Origin: Burkholderiales bacterium
GTDB lineage: Bacteria > Pseudomonadota > Gammaproteobacteria > Burkholderiales > SG8-39
Assembly: GCA_038903735.1 (NCBI GenBank)
Contig: JBCKLP010000002.1
Span: 1-62,559, forward strand
DNA: 62,559 nt
Direction: 5' to 3'
Positions 36,713-46,895 of this stretch are shown piece by piece. Under the pieces are notes generated by a model, which was not told the DNA's origin, did not search any database, and saw nothing but the letters and a program-made list of their open reading frames with translations. Made by a program: the position numbers and the translations under genes. How positions within the stretch are numbered: position 1 is the first letter of the stretch; the number at the start of each line of letters is the position of its first letter.

Positions 36713-38542
36713 TCAGTGTTGATCGGTTAGTCCCACAGATTGATACTCGGGAACTAATTGACCAAGTTTTCTACGCACATCCTCATCGTTAAGGGGCTTT
36801 GACGAGGACAGCCAAAGTTCAAGCTCTTCAATGGCCATCGTAGGCAAATGCGAAACGGCTTTTGCAATACGCAGTTTCGGGTGGTGTGTAGGCAGCGTTT
36901 GTTCGCCATCCGCCAACAGTTCCTCAAATAGCTTCTCGCCCGGCCGCAAGCCTGTGAATTCAATTTGAATATCCTGCTCGGTAAGCCCGGAAAGCCGGAT
37001 CATCTCGCGCGCCAGCTCTACAATTTTAACGGGTTCTCCCATATCAAGAACGAATATTTCTCCGCCACGTCCCATGAATCCAGCTTGCAGCACCAATTGT
37101 GCGGCCTCCGGAATGGACATGAAGTAGCGTTGAATGTCCGGATGGGTAACTGTGACAGGTCCGCCCTGGCTGATCTGCTGGCGGAATTTTGGTACGACAC
37201 TGCCGGTGCTACCCAAAACATTACCAAATCGAACGGTTACAAACTGCGTATTCGCTGCTAAAAAACTGCTGCAAACCAATTCTGCCAAACGTTTGGTGGC
37301 GCCCATCACATTAGTAGGATTGACCGCCTTGTCAGTCGAAATTAGAACGAATTTGGTGACGCCGGAGGACGCCGCCGCACGCGCCGCCAAGAGGGTTCCA
37401 AGAATATTGTTCTGCACCGCCTCCCATGCGTTCATGTGCTCCATCAAGGGCACATGTTTATAAGCGGCGGCATGAAACAATACGGCAGGTTGCCAATCCG
37501 AAAGTACTTGTTTCAGGCGAGCTTCATTTTTAACGTCTGCAATGATAGGAACTACGGAAATTGCAGGGTAATGGGTAGCAAATTCTTCCACGATCCGATA
37601 TAACGCAAATTCATTCTGCTCAAGAAAAATGATTCGCTCGGGCCCGAAGCGGGCAAGCTGGCGGCAAAGCTCCGAGCCGATTGAGCCGCCAGCGCCGGTT
37701 ACCATCACACTTTGCGTTTCAATCCACCCCCGCATACCGGCTGTGTCGAGCTTTACAGGATCACGGCCCAATAGGTCATCCAATTCGACGTTGCGAATCT
37801 CCGAGACGGTGATGGACCCGCTAGCAATGTCCTCGAATGATGGGACGATTAGCGGCTTGATGCCGGCTTCCGTGCAAAGGTTCATGGCTCGCCTGCGCGC
37901 ACGGTGATTGACTCCCGGCATCGCGATGATTGCTTGCTCGACAGAATATCTGCTTGCCTGTTCGGCAAGGGACTCCAGTGGCCCTAGTACCGACACACCG
38001 TATACTTGTCGGCCGTGCTTGGCGGGATTGTCATCCAGTAGGCCCACGACACGCCATTGTCGGCTGCGGGATAAGCTCTTGAGCAGATCCGAAGCCGCAT
38101 CCCCGGCTCCCATGATCAGTACCGGTTGCGCGCCAGATGGGATAAGTCGTTTTTCTTTCCAAGCCCGGTACGCCAGCCGGCTTCCGCCCATCGCCACGAT
38201 CAGCAGCAAGGGATCAAGGAACAGTACCGATCTCGGAACATGCGGTGTGTAAGTCAGCAGGACGACCAGGCCAATCGCCATGATCGACAATGCCGCTGCG
38301 AGGACAATTTGACACAGATCGAGTACGCCGGCGTAACGCCAGATGCCCCGATACAGGCCGAGTCCCAGGAACACCGCGGCCTGCAGCGCGATGACCCAGG
38401 GCATCGAATTGACCATGGTGGAAAAATACGGTTCCTGGATGTCAAAGTTGAAGCGCAGCAGGAATGCCCCCCACCAGGCGGCAAATGCGGCGACTACGTC
38501 GTGGCCAAATGCCGCGAACGATCGTCTGTCGCGGGGAATCAC
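36713..38542 (-). CDS. Membrane-anchored polysaccharide biosynthesis protein CapD/WbpM/PglF family (UDP-GlcNAc 4,6-dehydratase type)
   Basis: Trimmed to the GTG at 38542. It is preceded by AAGGAGG with a 4-nt spacer and overlaps the upstream TGA. N-terminal hydrophobic spans, then ..VMVTGAGGSIGSELCRQL.. and ..YKHVPLME... Confidence 0.85.
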   Translation of the reverse strand: MIPRDRRSFAAFGHDVVAAFAAWWGAFLLRFNFDIQEPYFSTMVNSMPWVIALQAAVFLGLGLYRGIWRYAGVLDLCQIVLAAALSIMAIGLVVLLTYTPHVPRSVLFLDPLLLIVAMGGSRLAYRAWKEKRLIPSGAQPVLIMGAGDAASDLLKSLSRSRQWRVVGLLDDNPAKHGRQVYGVSVLGPLESLAEQASRYSVEQAIIAMPGVNHRARRRAMNLCTEAGIKPLIVPSFEDIASGSITVSEIRNVELDDLLGRDPVKLDTAGMRGWIETQSVMVTGAGGSIGSELCRQLARFGPERIIFLEQNEFALYRIVEEFATHYPAISVVPIIADVKNEARLKQVLSDWQPAVLFHAAAYKHVPLMEHMNAWEAVQNNILGTLLAARAAASSGVTKFVLISTDKAVNPTNVMGATKRLAELVCSSFLAANTQFVTVRFGNVLGSTGSVVPKFRQQISQGGPVTVTHPDIQRYFMSIPEAAQLVLQAGFMGRGGEIFVLDMGEPVKIVELAREMIRLSGLTEQDIQIEFTGLRPGEKLFEELLADGEQTLPTHHPKLRIAKAVSHLPTMAIEELELWLSSSKPLNDEDVRRKLGQLVPEYQSVGLTDQH

Positions 38543-39519
38543 CCGGCCTCCTTTGCCATCCGCAACCAGCGCCGGTCTATGCGGTGGGCGATCCCCATGA
38601 GAACAGCCCCCCAGGAGACAATGGCTATCAGCTGTGTCACGCCGTCCATATACATTGTCGCGATGGCACCGCATGCCGAGATTGCCATGATCAAATAGCA
38701 CGCCAAAGCAGTATTGCGGTGCCCCAGGCCCATACGCACCAGCTTCTGGTAGTAATGGTCACGGTGGGGCTGCCAGATCCGTTGACGAGATCGGATTCGC
38801 TTCATGAGCGTCAAACTGGCGTCCCCGATGAACATGGAAAAGGCGAACACTGGAAAAAAGGGCGACCAGACGCCCTCGCGCCAGCCCAAAGCGCCGATAG
38901 CTGCGGCGCAGAATCCCAGGGTGACCGCGCCGACGTCACCCATGAAAATCCTTGCAGGATGAAAATTGCGCGCGAGGAAGGGCAGACTGGCTGCGGCGAT
39001 GGAGCCGCAAAGCAGTGCCAGGGATACGTTGCCACCGATCCAGGCACCCAGGGAGCAGGTGCTGAAGCCGATTACTGCCATGCCGCCGGCAAGACCGTCG
39101 GAACCGTCCATGAAGTTGTACAAATTGGCCACCCAGACGATAGCCAGGGTCAGAAAGGCAATTTCGAGAGCGGATAATTGGCCAATCCCAATCCAAGAGA
39201 AGGTCATGGCGAGCAATGCCTGTGCGCCAAAACGAGGTAATGGGGGGAGTTTGCGCCAGTCATCAAGTAATGAAACGCAGGCGATCGTCAAAGCGCAGGC
39301 GTAAAGAACGAAATATTCGGGGAGCAGAAAAATGGCGGGCGCGAAAGCACCGATCACAATGGCGATGCCCCCGGTGCACGGAACCGGCCGGGAGTGAAGC
39401 GAGCGCTGGTTCGGCGGATCGACCAACAGACCCGGAAACTGCAATAGCGCCTGCAGCAATGCCGCGCTGATCACCGCGGCAAGTATGGGCGCTACGACGC
39501 TTAAGTCCGCGGGAATCAC
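38539..39519 (-). CDS. Glycosyltransferase family 4 polyprenyl-phosphate N-acetylhexosamine-1-phosphate transferase (WbpL/WecA-like initiating enzyme)
   Basis: 326 aa polytopic protein. ..ANLYNFMDGSDGLAGG.. and ..FHPARIFMGDVGA.. are MraY/WecA family motifs. Confidence 0.85.
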   Translation of the reverse strand: MIPADLSVVAPILAAVISAALLQALLQFPGLLVDPPNQRSLHSRPVPCTGGIAIVIGAFAPAIFLLPEYFVLYACALTIACVSLLDDWRKLPPLPRFGAQALLAMTFSWIGIGQLSALEIAFLTLAIVWVANLYNFMDGSDGLAGGMAVIGFSTCSLGAWIGGNVSLALLCGSIAAASLPFLARNFHPARIFMGDVGAVTLGFCAAAIGALGWREGVWSPFFPVFAFSMFIGDASLTLMKRIRSRQRIWQPHRDHYYQKLVRMGLGHRNTALACYLIMAISACGAIATMYMDGVTQLIAIVSWGAVLMGIAHRIDRRWLRMAKEAG

Positions 39520-40499
39520 ATGGCCCCTTTGCTGCCCGCTTCCAGGGCCAAAGCGCGGACGGTACGATCAACGCCCTCTTCGAAGGAAAAGGGAGGCGTC
39601 CAATCGAGTTCCTTGCGAATCTGGCTGATATCAACTTGCAGTGAATCGGTCAGTCTGCACACTTCTGCGCCGAACCCGGTCATCGAGGCAGCAAGTCTCA
39701 GCAAGGAGATCGGCAGGGGGAATAGGTTGGCTTGCCGACCCATGGCGCGCGCGATGCCGCGGATCAGATCACCTGTCGACAGGTCATGTCCATCGGACAG
39801 AAGAAAGGTTCTCGGCGAAGGTGAAACCTGATCGAGGCTGGCCAGGATCGCCGAGCAGAAGTTTCCGATATACAACAGGCTGCGCCGGTTATTGGAGAGG
39901 GCAAATGGCAGCGGCAAACCGCGTGCCACCAATTTCGCCAGGCGGAGGAAATTGCCCTTCACCCCCGGCCCGTACATCAGCGGAAGACGAAAAATAGTGA
40001 CACCGATATTTTGCCCAGCCTGCCGCGCGAGGAGCAAGCGTTCCGCCTCGATCTTTGACAGGCCGTAGGGATCTTCCGGCTGTAACGGATCTGTCTCCCG
40101 AATAGCCCCGCCGTGGCTGGATTCACCGTGGACTTTGAGGGAGCTTGCGAAAATAAAGTGACGCACCTTGTGGGATATTGCGGCATCGAACAGTCGGGCA
40201 GTGACGTTCACATTGGCACGTTTGAACTCAGACAGGGGGTCGCCAGCCGTTTCCCGCATGACATGCACACGGGCGGCCAGGTGCACCACCGCATCCATCT
40301 GCGATACGAGGGAATCCAATGCCGTTTCGTCAGCAAGATCGAGACTGACGAATTCGCAATTCACCGGTTTTCGGGACGCGTCGCGGCCACAAGCTCGCAC
40401 CTGCCAACCTGCCTCGACCAGCGCGGGCACCAGTGCACTGCCGGCAAATCCGGTTGCGCCGGTTACCAGAATGCGCCCCTTTGTCTCTATTTGCGCCAA
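39516..40499 (-). CDS. NAD-dependent epimerase/dehydratase (WbpK-like SDR)
   Basis: 327 aa. ..RILVTGATGFAGSALVPAL.. and ..YGLSKIEAE.. (YxxxK). The gene order SDR, initiating transferase, CapD-like equals wbpK-wbpL-wbpM. Confidence 0.8.
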   Translation of the reverse strand: MAQIETKGRILVTGATGFAGSALVPALVEAGWQVRACGRDASRKPVNCEFVSLDLADETALDSLVSQMDAVVHLAARVHVMRETAGDPLSEFKRANVNVTARLFDAAISHKVRHFIFASSLKVHGESSHGGAIRETDPLQPEDPYGLSKIEAERLLLARQAGQNIGVTIFRLPLMYGPGVKGNFLRLAKLVARGLPLPFALSNNRRSLLYIGNFCSAILASLDQVSPSPRTFLLSDGHDLSTGDLIRGIARAMGRQANLFPLPISLLRLAASMTGFGAEVCRLTDSLQVDISQIRKELDWTPPFSFEEGVDRTVRALALEAGSKGAM

Positions 40500-41605
40500 A
40501 CCGTGCGATTTACGTAACCAGTGTAGCTAAGAATGATGTTGACGACTTTGGAGGAGACATTGTCAACATCGTAATCTGCCACCACGCGCGGTGCGGGCAT
40601 ACCACGCCCCCGGCGGCCGGTCACTACCTTGATCGCATCGAGAATGCTGGAGGCGCCGGTACCGCTCATGATCAACGTGCCTTCGTCCATACCCTCGGGG
40701 CGCTCGTGTGCTTCGCGCATCATGATCGCGGGAAATCCCAGCAATGAGGACTCTTCCATGATCGTGCCGCTGTCTGACAGGACACAGAAAGCCTGAGTCT
40801 GCAGCATCACATAATCCGCAAAGGCAAAAGGCTTGAGAAACCGGATGCGGTCGTTTTGAGCGTCATTACGTTCCTCGATGCGCTTGCGGGTGCGGGGATG
40901 GGTCGAGACGATTACGGGTTTCTCGTACTGCCTCGCCACCGTATTCAGTGACTCCAGCAGTTCGTCGAATCGACGCGGGCTGTCGACATTTTCCTCGCGA
41001 TGCACGCTTGCCAGGAAATATCCGCCGGGCTCCAGGCCAAGCTGCGCAAGGGCTTTGGAGGCGGCGATGGACTCGCGCTGGCTTGCCAAGACCTGCTTCA
41101 TTGGCGAACCTGTCTTGATCATCGTTTCCGGCCGGATCCCTTCATCCAGCAGGTAGCGGCGGGCATGTTCGGTATAGGGGAGATTGATGTCGCTGATATG
41201 GTCAACGATGCGTCGATTGACTTCCTCAGGCACCCTCTCGTCAAAGCAACGATTGCCCGCTTCCATGTGAAAAATGGGTATCTTTCGGCGCTTCGCCGCG
41301 ATCGCAGCAAGGCAGCTGTTGGTATCGCCCAGCAGCAGCACCGCATCGGGTGCCTCAGATGCCATGACAGCATCGCTGGTAGTTAAGACATTGGCGATTG
41401 TTGCGATCGGGCCATCCCCTGCGGCATCAAGAAACAGGTCCGGCTTTCGCAAGCCAAGTCCTTCGAAAAATATCTGATTAAGCTCGTAATCATAATTCTG
41501 ACCGGTATGGACCAGCAGGTGATCCACGCATTGATCCAGTTCGCGAATGACGCAGGAGAGCTTGATAATTTCGGGGCGCGTGCCCACGATGGTCATCACC
41601 TTCAT
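40487..41605 (-). CDS. UDP-N-acetylglucosamine 2-epimerase family (FnlC/CapG/WbvD-like)
   Basis: Trimmed to the ATG at 41605 (MKVMTIVGTRPEIIKLS..). ..LLLGDTNSCLAA.., ..VLSDSGTIMEESSLLGFPAIMMREAHERPEG... Confidence 0.85.
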   Translation of the reverse strand: MKVMTIVGTRPEIIKLSCVIRELDQCVDHLLVHTGQNYDYELNQIFFEGLGLRKPDLFLDAAGDGPIATIANVLTTSDAVMASEAPDAVLLLGDTNSCLAAIAAKRRKIPIFHMEAGNRCFDERVPEEVNRRIVDHISDINLPYTEHARRYLLDEGIRPETMIKTGSPMKQVLASQRESIAASKALAQLGLEPGGYFLASVHREENVDSPRRFDELLESLNTVARQYEKPVIVSTHPRTRKRIEERNDAQNDRIRFLKPFAFADYVMLQTQAFCVLSDSGTIMEESSLLGFPAIMMREAHERPEGMDEGTLIMSGTGASSILDAIKVVTGRRGRGMPAPRVVADYDVDNVSSKVVNIILSYTGYVNRTVWRK

Positions 41606-41627
41606 TGGTACAACCTTTCTGAGTCCT

Positions 41628-42692
41628 TCAACGCAACAGCTCCTCGTGGCCGGGAGAAACATCCTCCGGCATCAGGCGGTGCTGGCGCAGCAGTGCAACG
41701 GTAGCCTCGATGCCGAGCACCGAATCTGCAGAGCTGAACTCCTTGCTCAGTTCGGCGGGCTCATCGGCCGTCTCCACGCGCAACTCGGGAAGCATGGGAA
41801 GAATGGCGTAATAGTCGCCGCGTTTCACGCAGTGGTGGGCCTCTTCTTCCGACACCATGATCTCGTGCATCTTTTCGCCGGGACGTATGCCAATGATCTT
41901 GATGGGCACATCGCGGCTCCCGATCAATGCCTTGGCAATGTTTTCAACGGTCGCAGAAGGCGCACGCGGGACATAGGTGTCGCCACGCCCCGCTTCACGA
42001 AGGGCACAAAAAACCGTGTCAACTGCCTGGTCGAGGCTCAACAGAAAGCGTGACATTTCTGGAACCGTGAGCGTCACCGGCCCACCATGCCGGATCTGGT
42101 CGAGAAACAGGGGGATGACCGAGCCGCGGGAGGCAAGCACATTGCCGTATCGCACGCAGATGAATCGGGTCTTGGGGTTGAGGATGTTGGCGGAAATGAA
42201 AATTCGCTCCTGTAGGGACTTGGTCATCCCCATGACGTTGACAGGTTTGCACGCCTTGTCAGTGGAAATCCCCACCACCGTATCTACGGGATAGGCGTTT
42301 TCCTCGATGGCGCGGACGATGTTGAGGGCCCCCACACAATTGGTCAGTAACGCTTGCCCGGGAAAATACTCGCAGGTGGGCACCTGCTTCAGCGCCGCGG
42401 CATTGACGACTATATCAACGTCGCGAACCGCCGAGCACACGTCGGCGTAATTTCGAACGTCGCCGATTCGAAACTCAAGGACATTCATGAAATTCCGGTA
42501 TATGACCTCGTCGGTGGCGGCGCCCCTGTGCTGATACGACATCCGCATATCGTGTTGCTTGGACTCATCCCTGGAAAAAACGATCACCTTGGCCGGAATG
42601 CCTAGTTCTCCGCCGAGCACGCGGTGCACCAGCTTGCTGCCCAACGAGCCGGTTCCGCCGGTGACGAGAATGGTCTTGTCCTTGAATATCAT
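41628..42692 (-). CDS. UDP-GlcNAc 4,6-dehydratase/5-epimerase type SDR (FnlA/CapE/WbvB-like)
   Basis: Trimmed to the ATG at 42692 (ATGA overlap). MIFKDKTILVTGGTGSLGSKLV.., ..MGMTKSLQE.. (the M-x-x-x-K variant typical of the CapE/FnlA group), ..VRYGNVLASRGSVIPLF... Confidence 0.85.
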   Translation of the reverse strand: MIFKDKTILVTGGTGSLGSKLVHRVLGGELGIPAKVIVFSRDESKQHDMRMSYQHRGAATDEVIYRNFMNVLEFRIGDVRNYADVCSAVRDVDIVVNAAALKQVPTCEYFPGQALLTNCVGALNIVRAIEENAYPVDTVVGISTDKACKPVNVMGMTKSLQERIFISANILNPKTRFICVRYGNVLASRGSVIPLFLDQIRHGGPVTLTVPEMSRFLLSLDQAVDTVFCALREAGRGDTYVPRAPSATVENIAKALIGSRDVPIKIIGIRPGEKMHEIMVSEEEAHHCVKRGDYYAILPMLPELRVETADEPAELSKEFSSADSVLGIEATVALLRQHRLMPEDVSPGHEELLR

Positions 42693-43552
42693 TGTCTTTG
42701 CCTGATGTCGCTGGCCAGTTCGTGCAGCATGTCCGACCAGTCCGGCGGTTGATAGGAGAATTCCCTGCGGAAGCGCGTGGAATCGAGGCTGCGATCGCAC
42801 CGATTGGAATCATCCGCTTTAATGGTGATTTCCAGGTTCAGAATTTCACGCAGCCTGCACAGTAATTCATACTTGCTGATGGGGGCACTGGAGAGGTGAT
42901 AAAGACCGTGTGCATCAGGATGGTCAACCAATAGCATTTCAATTACACGCGCCAGTTCCTGGGTGGTAACGCCTGAAAAAATTGCATTCCTGTACCCGGT
43001 CACGGCCTGGTTCTGGCTCAAAAACCATTCGACAAGGCCGGTTTTGCTGAAAAGACTGAGACCGATTGCCGACTTTCGCAGTGTGATGGCGCCAGGGGCC
43101 GCAACCTCCCCCAGAAGCTTGCTGCGATCGTACAGGTCAACTGGATCCGGCCGGTCATCCTCCCGGTAATTGCCCCGGTTCCCGGAAAATACGCAATCGG
43201 TGCTGAGCTGGATGAAGCGTGAACCCATCGAGCGACAGATCAGTGCCAAGCGATGCGGCAACAGGGCGTTGATTTCAATATTGGGGAGCGCTTCGGCGCT
43301 GTCCGCTCTTTGTTTGACAAAGCCGATGGCGTTCACCACGGCGTCAGGACGAAATGCCGCAATTACCGCCAGGTACCGGTCTGCAAACCTCGCATCAATA
43401 CCGGCATAGGCGTTGGCAGGGTTAAAAATATCACTCGATGCGTAAGCCGAAAGATCCTGGCGCAAGGTGACGCGAACTTCGTGCCGCGGCGCAAGCTGCC
43501 GCAGCAGTTGGTGTCCGATCATTCCATCGCCGCCCAAAACAAGAATTTTCAC
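42689..43552 (-). CDS. RmlD-like SDR reductase (dTDP-4-dehydrorhamnose reductase family, WbvR-like candidate)
   Basis: 287 aa. MKILVLGGDGMIGHQL.., ..LSTDCVFSG.., ..YDRSKLLGE... No cupin extension of the CapF/FnlB type is present. Confidence 0.8.
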   Translation of the reverse strand: MKILVLGGDGMIGHQLLRQLAPRHEVRVTLRQDLSAYASSDIFNPANAYAGIDARFADRYLAVIAAFRPDAVVNAIGFVKQRADSAEALPNIEINALLPHRLALICRSMGSRFIQLSTDCVFSGNRGNYREDDRPDPVDLYDRSKLLGEVAAPGAITLRKSAIGLSLFSKTGLVEWFLSQNQAVTGYRNAIFSGVTTQELARVIEMLLVDHPDAHGLYHLSSAPISKYELLCRLREILNLEITIKADDSNRCDRSLDSTRFRREFSYQPPDWSDMLHELASDIRQRQ

Positions 43553-44778
43553 CGGCGCGCTCCCGCGACTTCGGTCAGGATGCCTTCAAGGCGCGACAGG
43601 AGAATCGATCGCTCAAAATGCGCGCGGAAGTATGTTTCGCCGCTTTTTCCCATGGAGTCCAGTTGATTCTTGCCGGCGCGGCTGGCGGCAAGTACTGCCT
43701 CGGCCAGCGCTTCAGGGTTTTCCGGTGGAACCACCCAGCCTGCTCCCGCTTCGCTGACGATGTTGGCACCCTCCCCTTCAAGCGAGACGATCAATGCCTT
43801 GCCGCATGCCAGATAGGATTGAATTTTCGCGGGAATAGTATACGCAAAGATGGGGTCGCGGCGCAGTGTCGCAAGCAGAATGTCCGCGTGGGCGAAGTAA
43901 TGCGGCATTTCAATTGCCGGGCGCGAGCCGAGCAATTGAAAGGTCTCACTGATGCCGCATTTTTGGACTTCGGCCTCGACCCAAGCGCGCATGCGCCCGT
44001 CACCCATGATTATCCATTGGATGTCGCGATGCTCGCGCAGCAATGCGGCAGCGGCCACGATGGTTGGAAAATCCTGCGCGCTACCGACGTTGCCTGCGAA
44101 AAGCACACGAAATCCCGGCCGGAATTCTCGGGCTGCCGCATCCTCCGGAGAGGGTGAAAGCCGGCGGTAGAAATGTTCCGCGCTGTTGGGCAGATAGACG
44201 GTTTTTTCAGCGGAAACGCCTTGCTTTGCAATGGGTGCAGCAAATGCCCGCGACTGCACCAATATCCGGTCGCAGCCCCGATATACCCAGCGCACCAGCC
44301 GATCAACGGCGGAGAGCGCCATGGTGGATTGAACTGCACCGGTTGCAAACAGGCTTTGCGGCCACAAATCCTGTACCCAGAACACAATCGGCAGGCCCTT
44401 GATAAAGCGGATCAACCTGGCGGGTATCCCAATTGTTATGGGTGAAGGTTCATACACCAGCATGACATCGAAGCGCCCGCGCGCGAGCCACGGCGCCAGC
44501 AGGGACATGCTGACTGCCATGGAGGCAAAATTCAGTGCCAGTCGAAACGAACCGCCATTGCCGCGCGGAATCAGGGGGGCGCGACGAACTTCAATGCCGT
44601 CAAATTGGTCGCGATAGGGTCCAAGGAGGCCGTAGCCCTCAAAGAAGCTGCCTGAAGGGTAGTTCGGCAGGCCGGTGAGCACGCACACTTCGTGGCCGAG
44701 ATCGCGAAGACCGGTGGCGACATCGTTGATTCGGAAACTCTCAGGCCAGAAATACTGACTGACCAGCAATACCCTCAT
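43549..44778 (-). CDS. GT4 glycosyltransferase, WbuB-like
   Basis: 409 aa. MRVLLVSQYFWPESFRINDVATGLRDLGHEV.. is the characteristic WbuB-type N-terminus. Confidence 0.85.
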   Translation of the reverse strand: MRVLLVSQYFWPESFRINDVATGLRDLGHEVCVLTGLPNYPSGSFFEGYGLLGPYRDQFDGIEVRRAPLIPRGNGGSFRLALNFASMAVSMSLLAPWLARGRFDVMLVYEPSPITIGIPARLIRFIKGLPIVFWVQDLWPQSLFATGAVQSTMALSAVDRLVRWVYRGCDRILVQSRAFAAPIAKQGVSAEKTVYLPNSAEHFYRRLSPSPEDAAAREFRPGFRVLFAGNVGSAQDFPTIVAAAALLREHRDIQWIIMGDGRMRAWVEAEVQKCGISETFQLLGSRPAIEMPHYFAHADILLATLRRDPIFAYTIPAKIQSYLACGKALIVSLEGEGANIVSEAGAGWVVPPENPEALAEAVLAASRAGKNQLDSMGKSGETYFRAHFERSILLSRLEGILTEVAGARR

Positions 44779-45914
44779 ACGGCCGCCGTTTTTTTCAGAA
44801 TAGACGCGAACAGGGATTCGTATTTCAACACCATGGCCTGCCAGGTGTAGTGGGCAAGTATGTAGGTGCGCAATCTTGCTCCCCGGTCGCGCAGGTGACC
44901 GGCTTCAAGCATTCCTGCGATGCCGGCGGCGATTTCTTCGACGCTGGCGGCAACCAGTTCTCCCCCCCCGGATTCCGGCAGATCATCAAAGCCGCACTCG
45001 GTGGTCATCAGGACCGGTGTCCCGCAGGCCCCCGCTTCCAGGGCAACCAGCGACATGGCTTCACTTCGTGAAGGAACTACGACCAGGCTGGCGGCCGAAA
45101 GCAACGAAGACTTGTCCGACAATGGGACATGGCCGATGAACCGCACCCGTTCGGCCAGGCCGGCGGCGCGCAATTGCAAGGTCCTTGCGAGCCCCCAGTC
45201 GGGCCCGGCGAAAAGCAGATTCCAATCGGGAAAGCGCGAAGCGATCCGGAGAAAGGCCTCAAGCAGCAGATCGGGACCTTTCACCGGGTCCAGACGGCCA
45301 AAGAAAACCAGCAGAGGCCCGGATCCCAGGCTATGGCGCTGGCGAAAGCCTTGCGCGTCGGGCTCAAGGTACTCCCCGGGTTCTATTCCATTGGGAATAA
45401 TGAAGACCTGCCGGGGATCCACGCCATAGTCCCGGAAGGAAAGTGTTTCACGTGCGGTAATTGCGACGCACGCGGCCGCATCCTGAATCAGGCGGCTACC
45501 GGCAAGCAGGTTGTACATCCGCTTCAGCGCCATGGATCGTCCCATCCTGGGCAATGCACCCGAGGGACACGCTACCCAGGGTTTGCCCCTGCGCCTGGCA
45601 ACCCGCGCGACCAGCACATTGAGCAGAGTCCAATGATTGCAAAGGTGAATAACGTCCACAGAGTCAACCAGGGCTTGAATGCGCGAAATTTCGGGGGCAG
45701 GCAAAAGGAAGCGGCGATTCCGGCATTGCAGCACCTCAAGTCGTGCGTTTCCAAGCCTGGATTCCAGGGCGCTCTGGTCAAAACCGGTATCCATGCAAAG
45801 GGAAATCGTCTGCAAGCCGGCCTGCGAAAATGCCCTGGACAATTGCACAGTGCGTTCTGCCGTCCCGCCGCCAATGACCGGATCAAGCAACGCACTGACA
45901 TTCAGTATCCGCAC
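44775..45914 (-). CDS. GT4 family glycosyltransferase
   Basis: 379 aa. ..LVFFGRLDPVKGPDLLLEAF.. and ..PSRSEAMSLVALEAGACGTPVLMTTECGF... Confidence 0.85.
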   Translation of the reverse strand: MRILNVSALLDPVIGGGTAERTVQLSRAFSQAGLQTISLCMDTGFDQSALESRLGNARLEVLQCRNRRFLLPAPEISRIQALVDSVDVIHLCNHWTLLNVLVARVARRRGKPWVACPSGALPRMGRSMALKRMYNLLAGSRLIQDAAACVAITARETLSFRDYGVDPRQVFIIPNGIEPGEYLEPDAQGFRQRHSLGSGPLLVFFGRLDPVKGPDLLLEAFLRIASRFPDWNLLFAGPDWGLARTLQLRAAGLAERVRFIGHVPLSDKSSLLSAASLVVVPSRSEAMSLVALEAGACGTPVLMTTECGFDDLPESGGGELVAASVEEIAAGIAGMLEAGHLRDRGARLRTYILAHYTWQAMVLKYESLFASILKKTAAV

Positions 45915-45917
45915 TGC

Positions 45918-46850
45918 TCAGCTTTCGACACGGGGTTGATCCGCGAACCATTTCGCATACTCGATTATGGCCATTCTCAGGTCCCGGGGCATGAGAAACC
46001 CCGTTGTTTGCAGGTTGGCCGGGCTGTAGATGCGCTCAGGTTCGGGGTCGGGCCGGCCAATTGCCCGCAGCAGGAGTCTGAATACCGACGCCGGCGCATA
46101 GGGCAGCCATTGCGGCAATTGTGGCGCCCCAAGGGCATCCGCCAGGCAGGATTCCATGGCGCGGTAATTGTTGAGTGGATGCTCGTCATCGGAAACTATG
46201 AACAACTGTTGTGCGGCAGCCAGGGTGCGATTCGCAAAAAACATGATCGCCATCACCAGCGCTTCCACGTCAACCATGTGCATCCTGCGGCGCCCCATGA
46301 CCATGGCACGCAGCATGCGCTCGATCCTTGGTGCGCGCGCCACCCGGGTTGCTAGTGTCTCCAGGTTCCGGCCGCCCGGGCCGATGATGGCGGTGGGCCT
46401 CAGGATGACAATCTGAAAAGCGTTCCGCGCGGAATCGTTCAGTACCGCCTCAATGCCAAGCTTTGTCCGTCCATATTCATCAGTTGGTTTGCAGGTAGTG
46501 TCTTCATTTATCCGGCGAACCGGGGGATTGCCGTAGACCATGGCGGTACTGATGTGTATGAGTCTTTGCACACCGATGTCCCTGCAGCTTTGCCCTAATA
46601 CGGCGGCATCGCGCAATGCCGAATTTTCACCCGCGTAGGCAAGATTGACGACAATCGAACCGGGAAGAAGCAACCGGCTCAGCGATCGCGGATCGCCGAA
46701 GTCTCCCTGAATTACCTGCGTGCCGGTACCTGCGGAAATCGATGTCCGGTGCTGCAGTACGCGCAATTCAAAGAAGCCCGAGCGCTCAATTGCGCGCTGT
46801 AAAGGCTGGCCCACGAAACCCGTGGCGCCGATGAGACAGATGGTTTTCAT
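45918..46850 (-). CDS. NAD-dependent epimerase/dehydratase family protein (first gene of the minus-strand operon)
   Basis: 310 aa. MKTICLIGATGFVGQPL.., ..YGRTKLGIE.. (YxxxK). Confidence 0.8.
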   Translation of the reverse strand: MKTICLIGATGFVGQPLQRAIERSGFFELRVLQHRTSISAGTGTQVIQGDFGDPRSLSRLLLPGSIVVNLAYAGENSALRDAAVLGQSCRDIGVQRLIHISTAMVYGNPPVRRINEDTTCKPTDEYGRTKLGIEAVLNDSARNAFQIVILRPTAIIGPGGRNLETLATRVARAPRIERMLRAMVMGRRRMHMVDVEALVMAIMFFANRTLAAAQQLFIVSDDEHPLNNYRAMESCLADALGAPQLPQWLPYAPASVFRLLLRAIGRPDPEPERIYSPANLQTTGFLMPRDLRMAIIEYAKWFADQPRVES

Positions 46851-46895
46851 AAAGGAATCGCTTATATGGACGCCTCCCGGAGATCAAGCGGTTGG

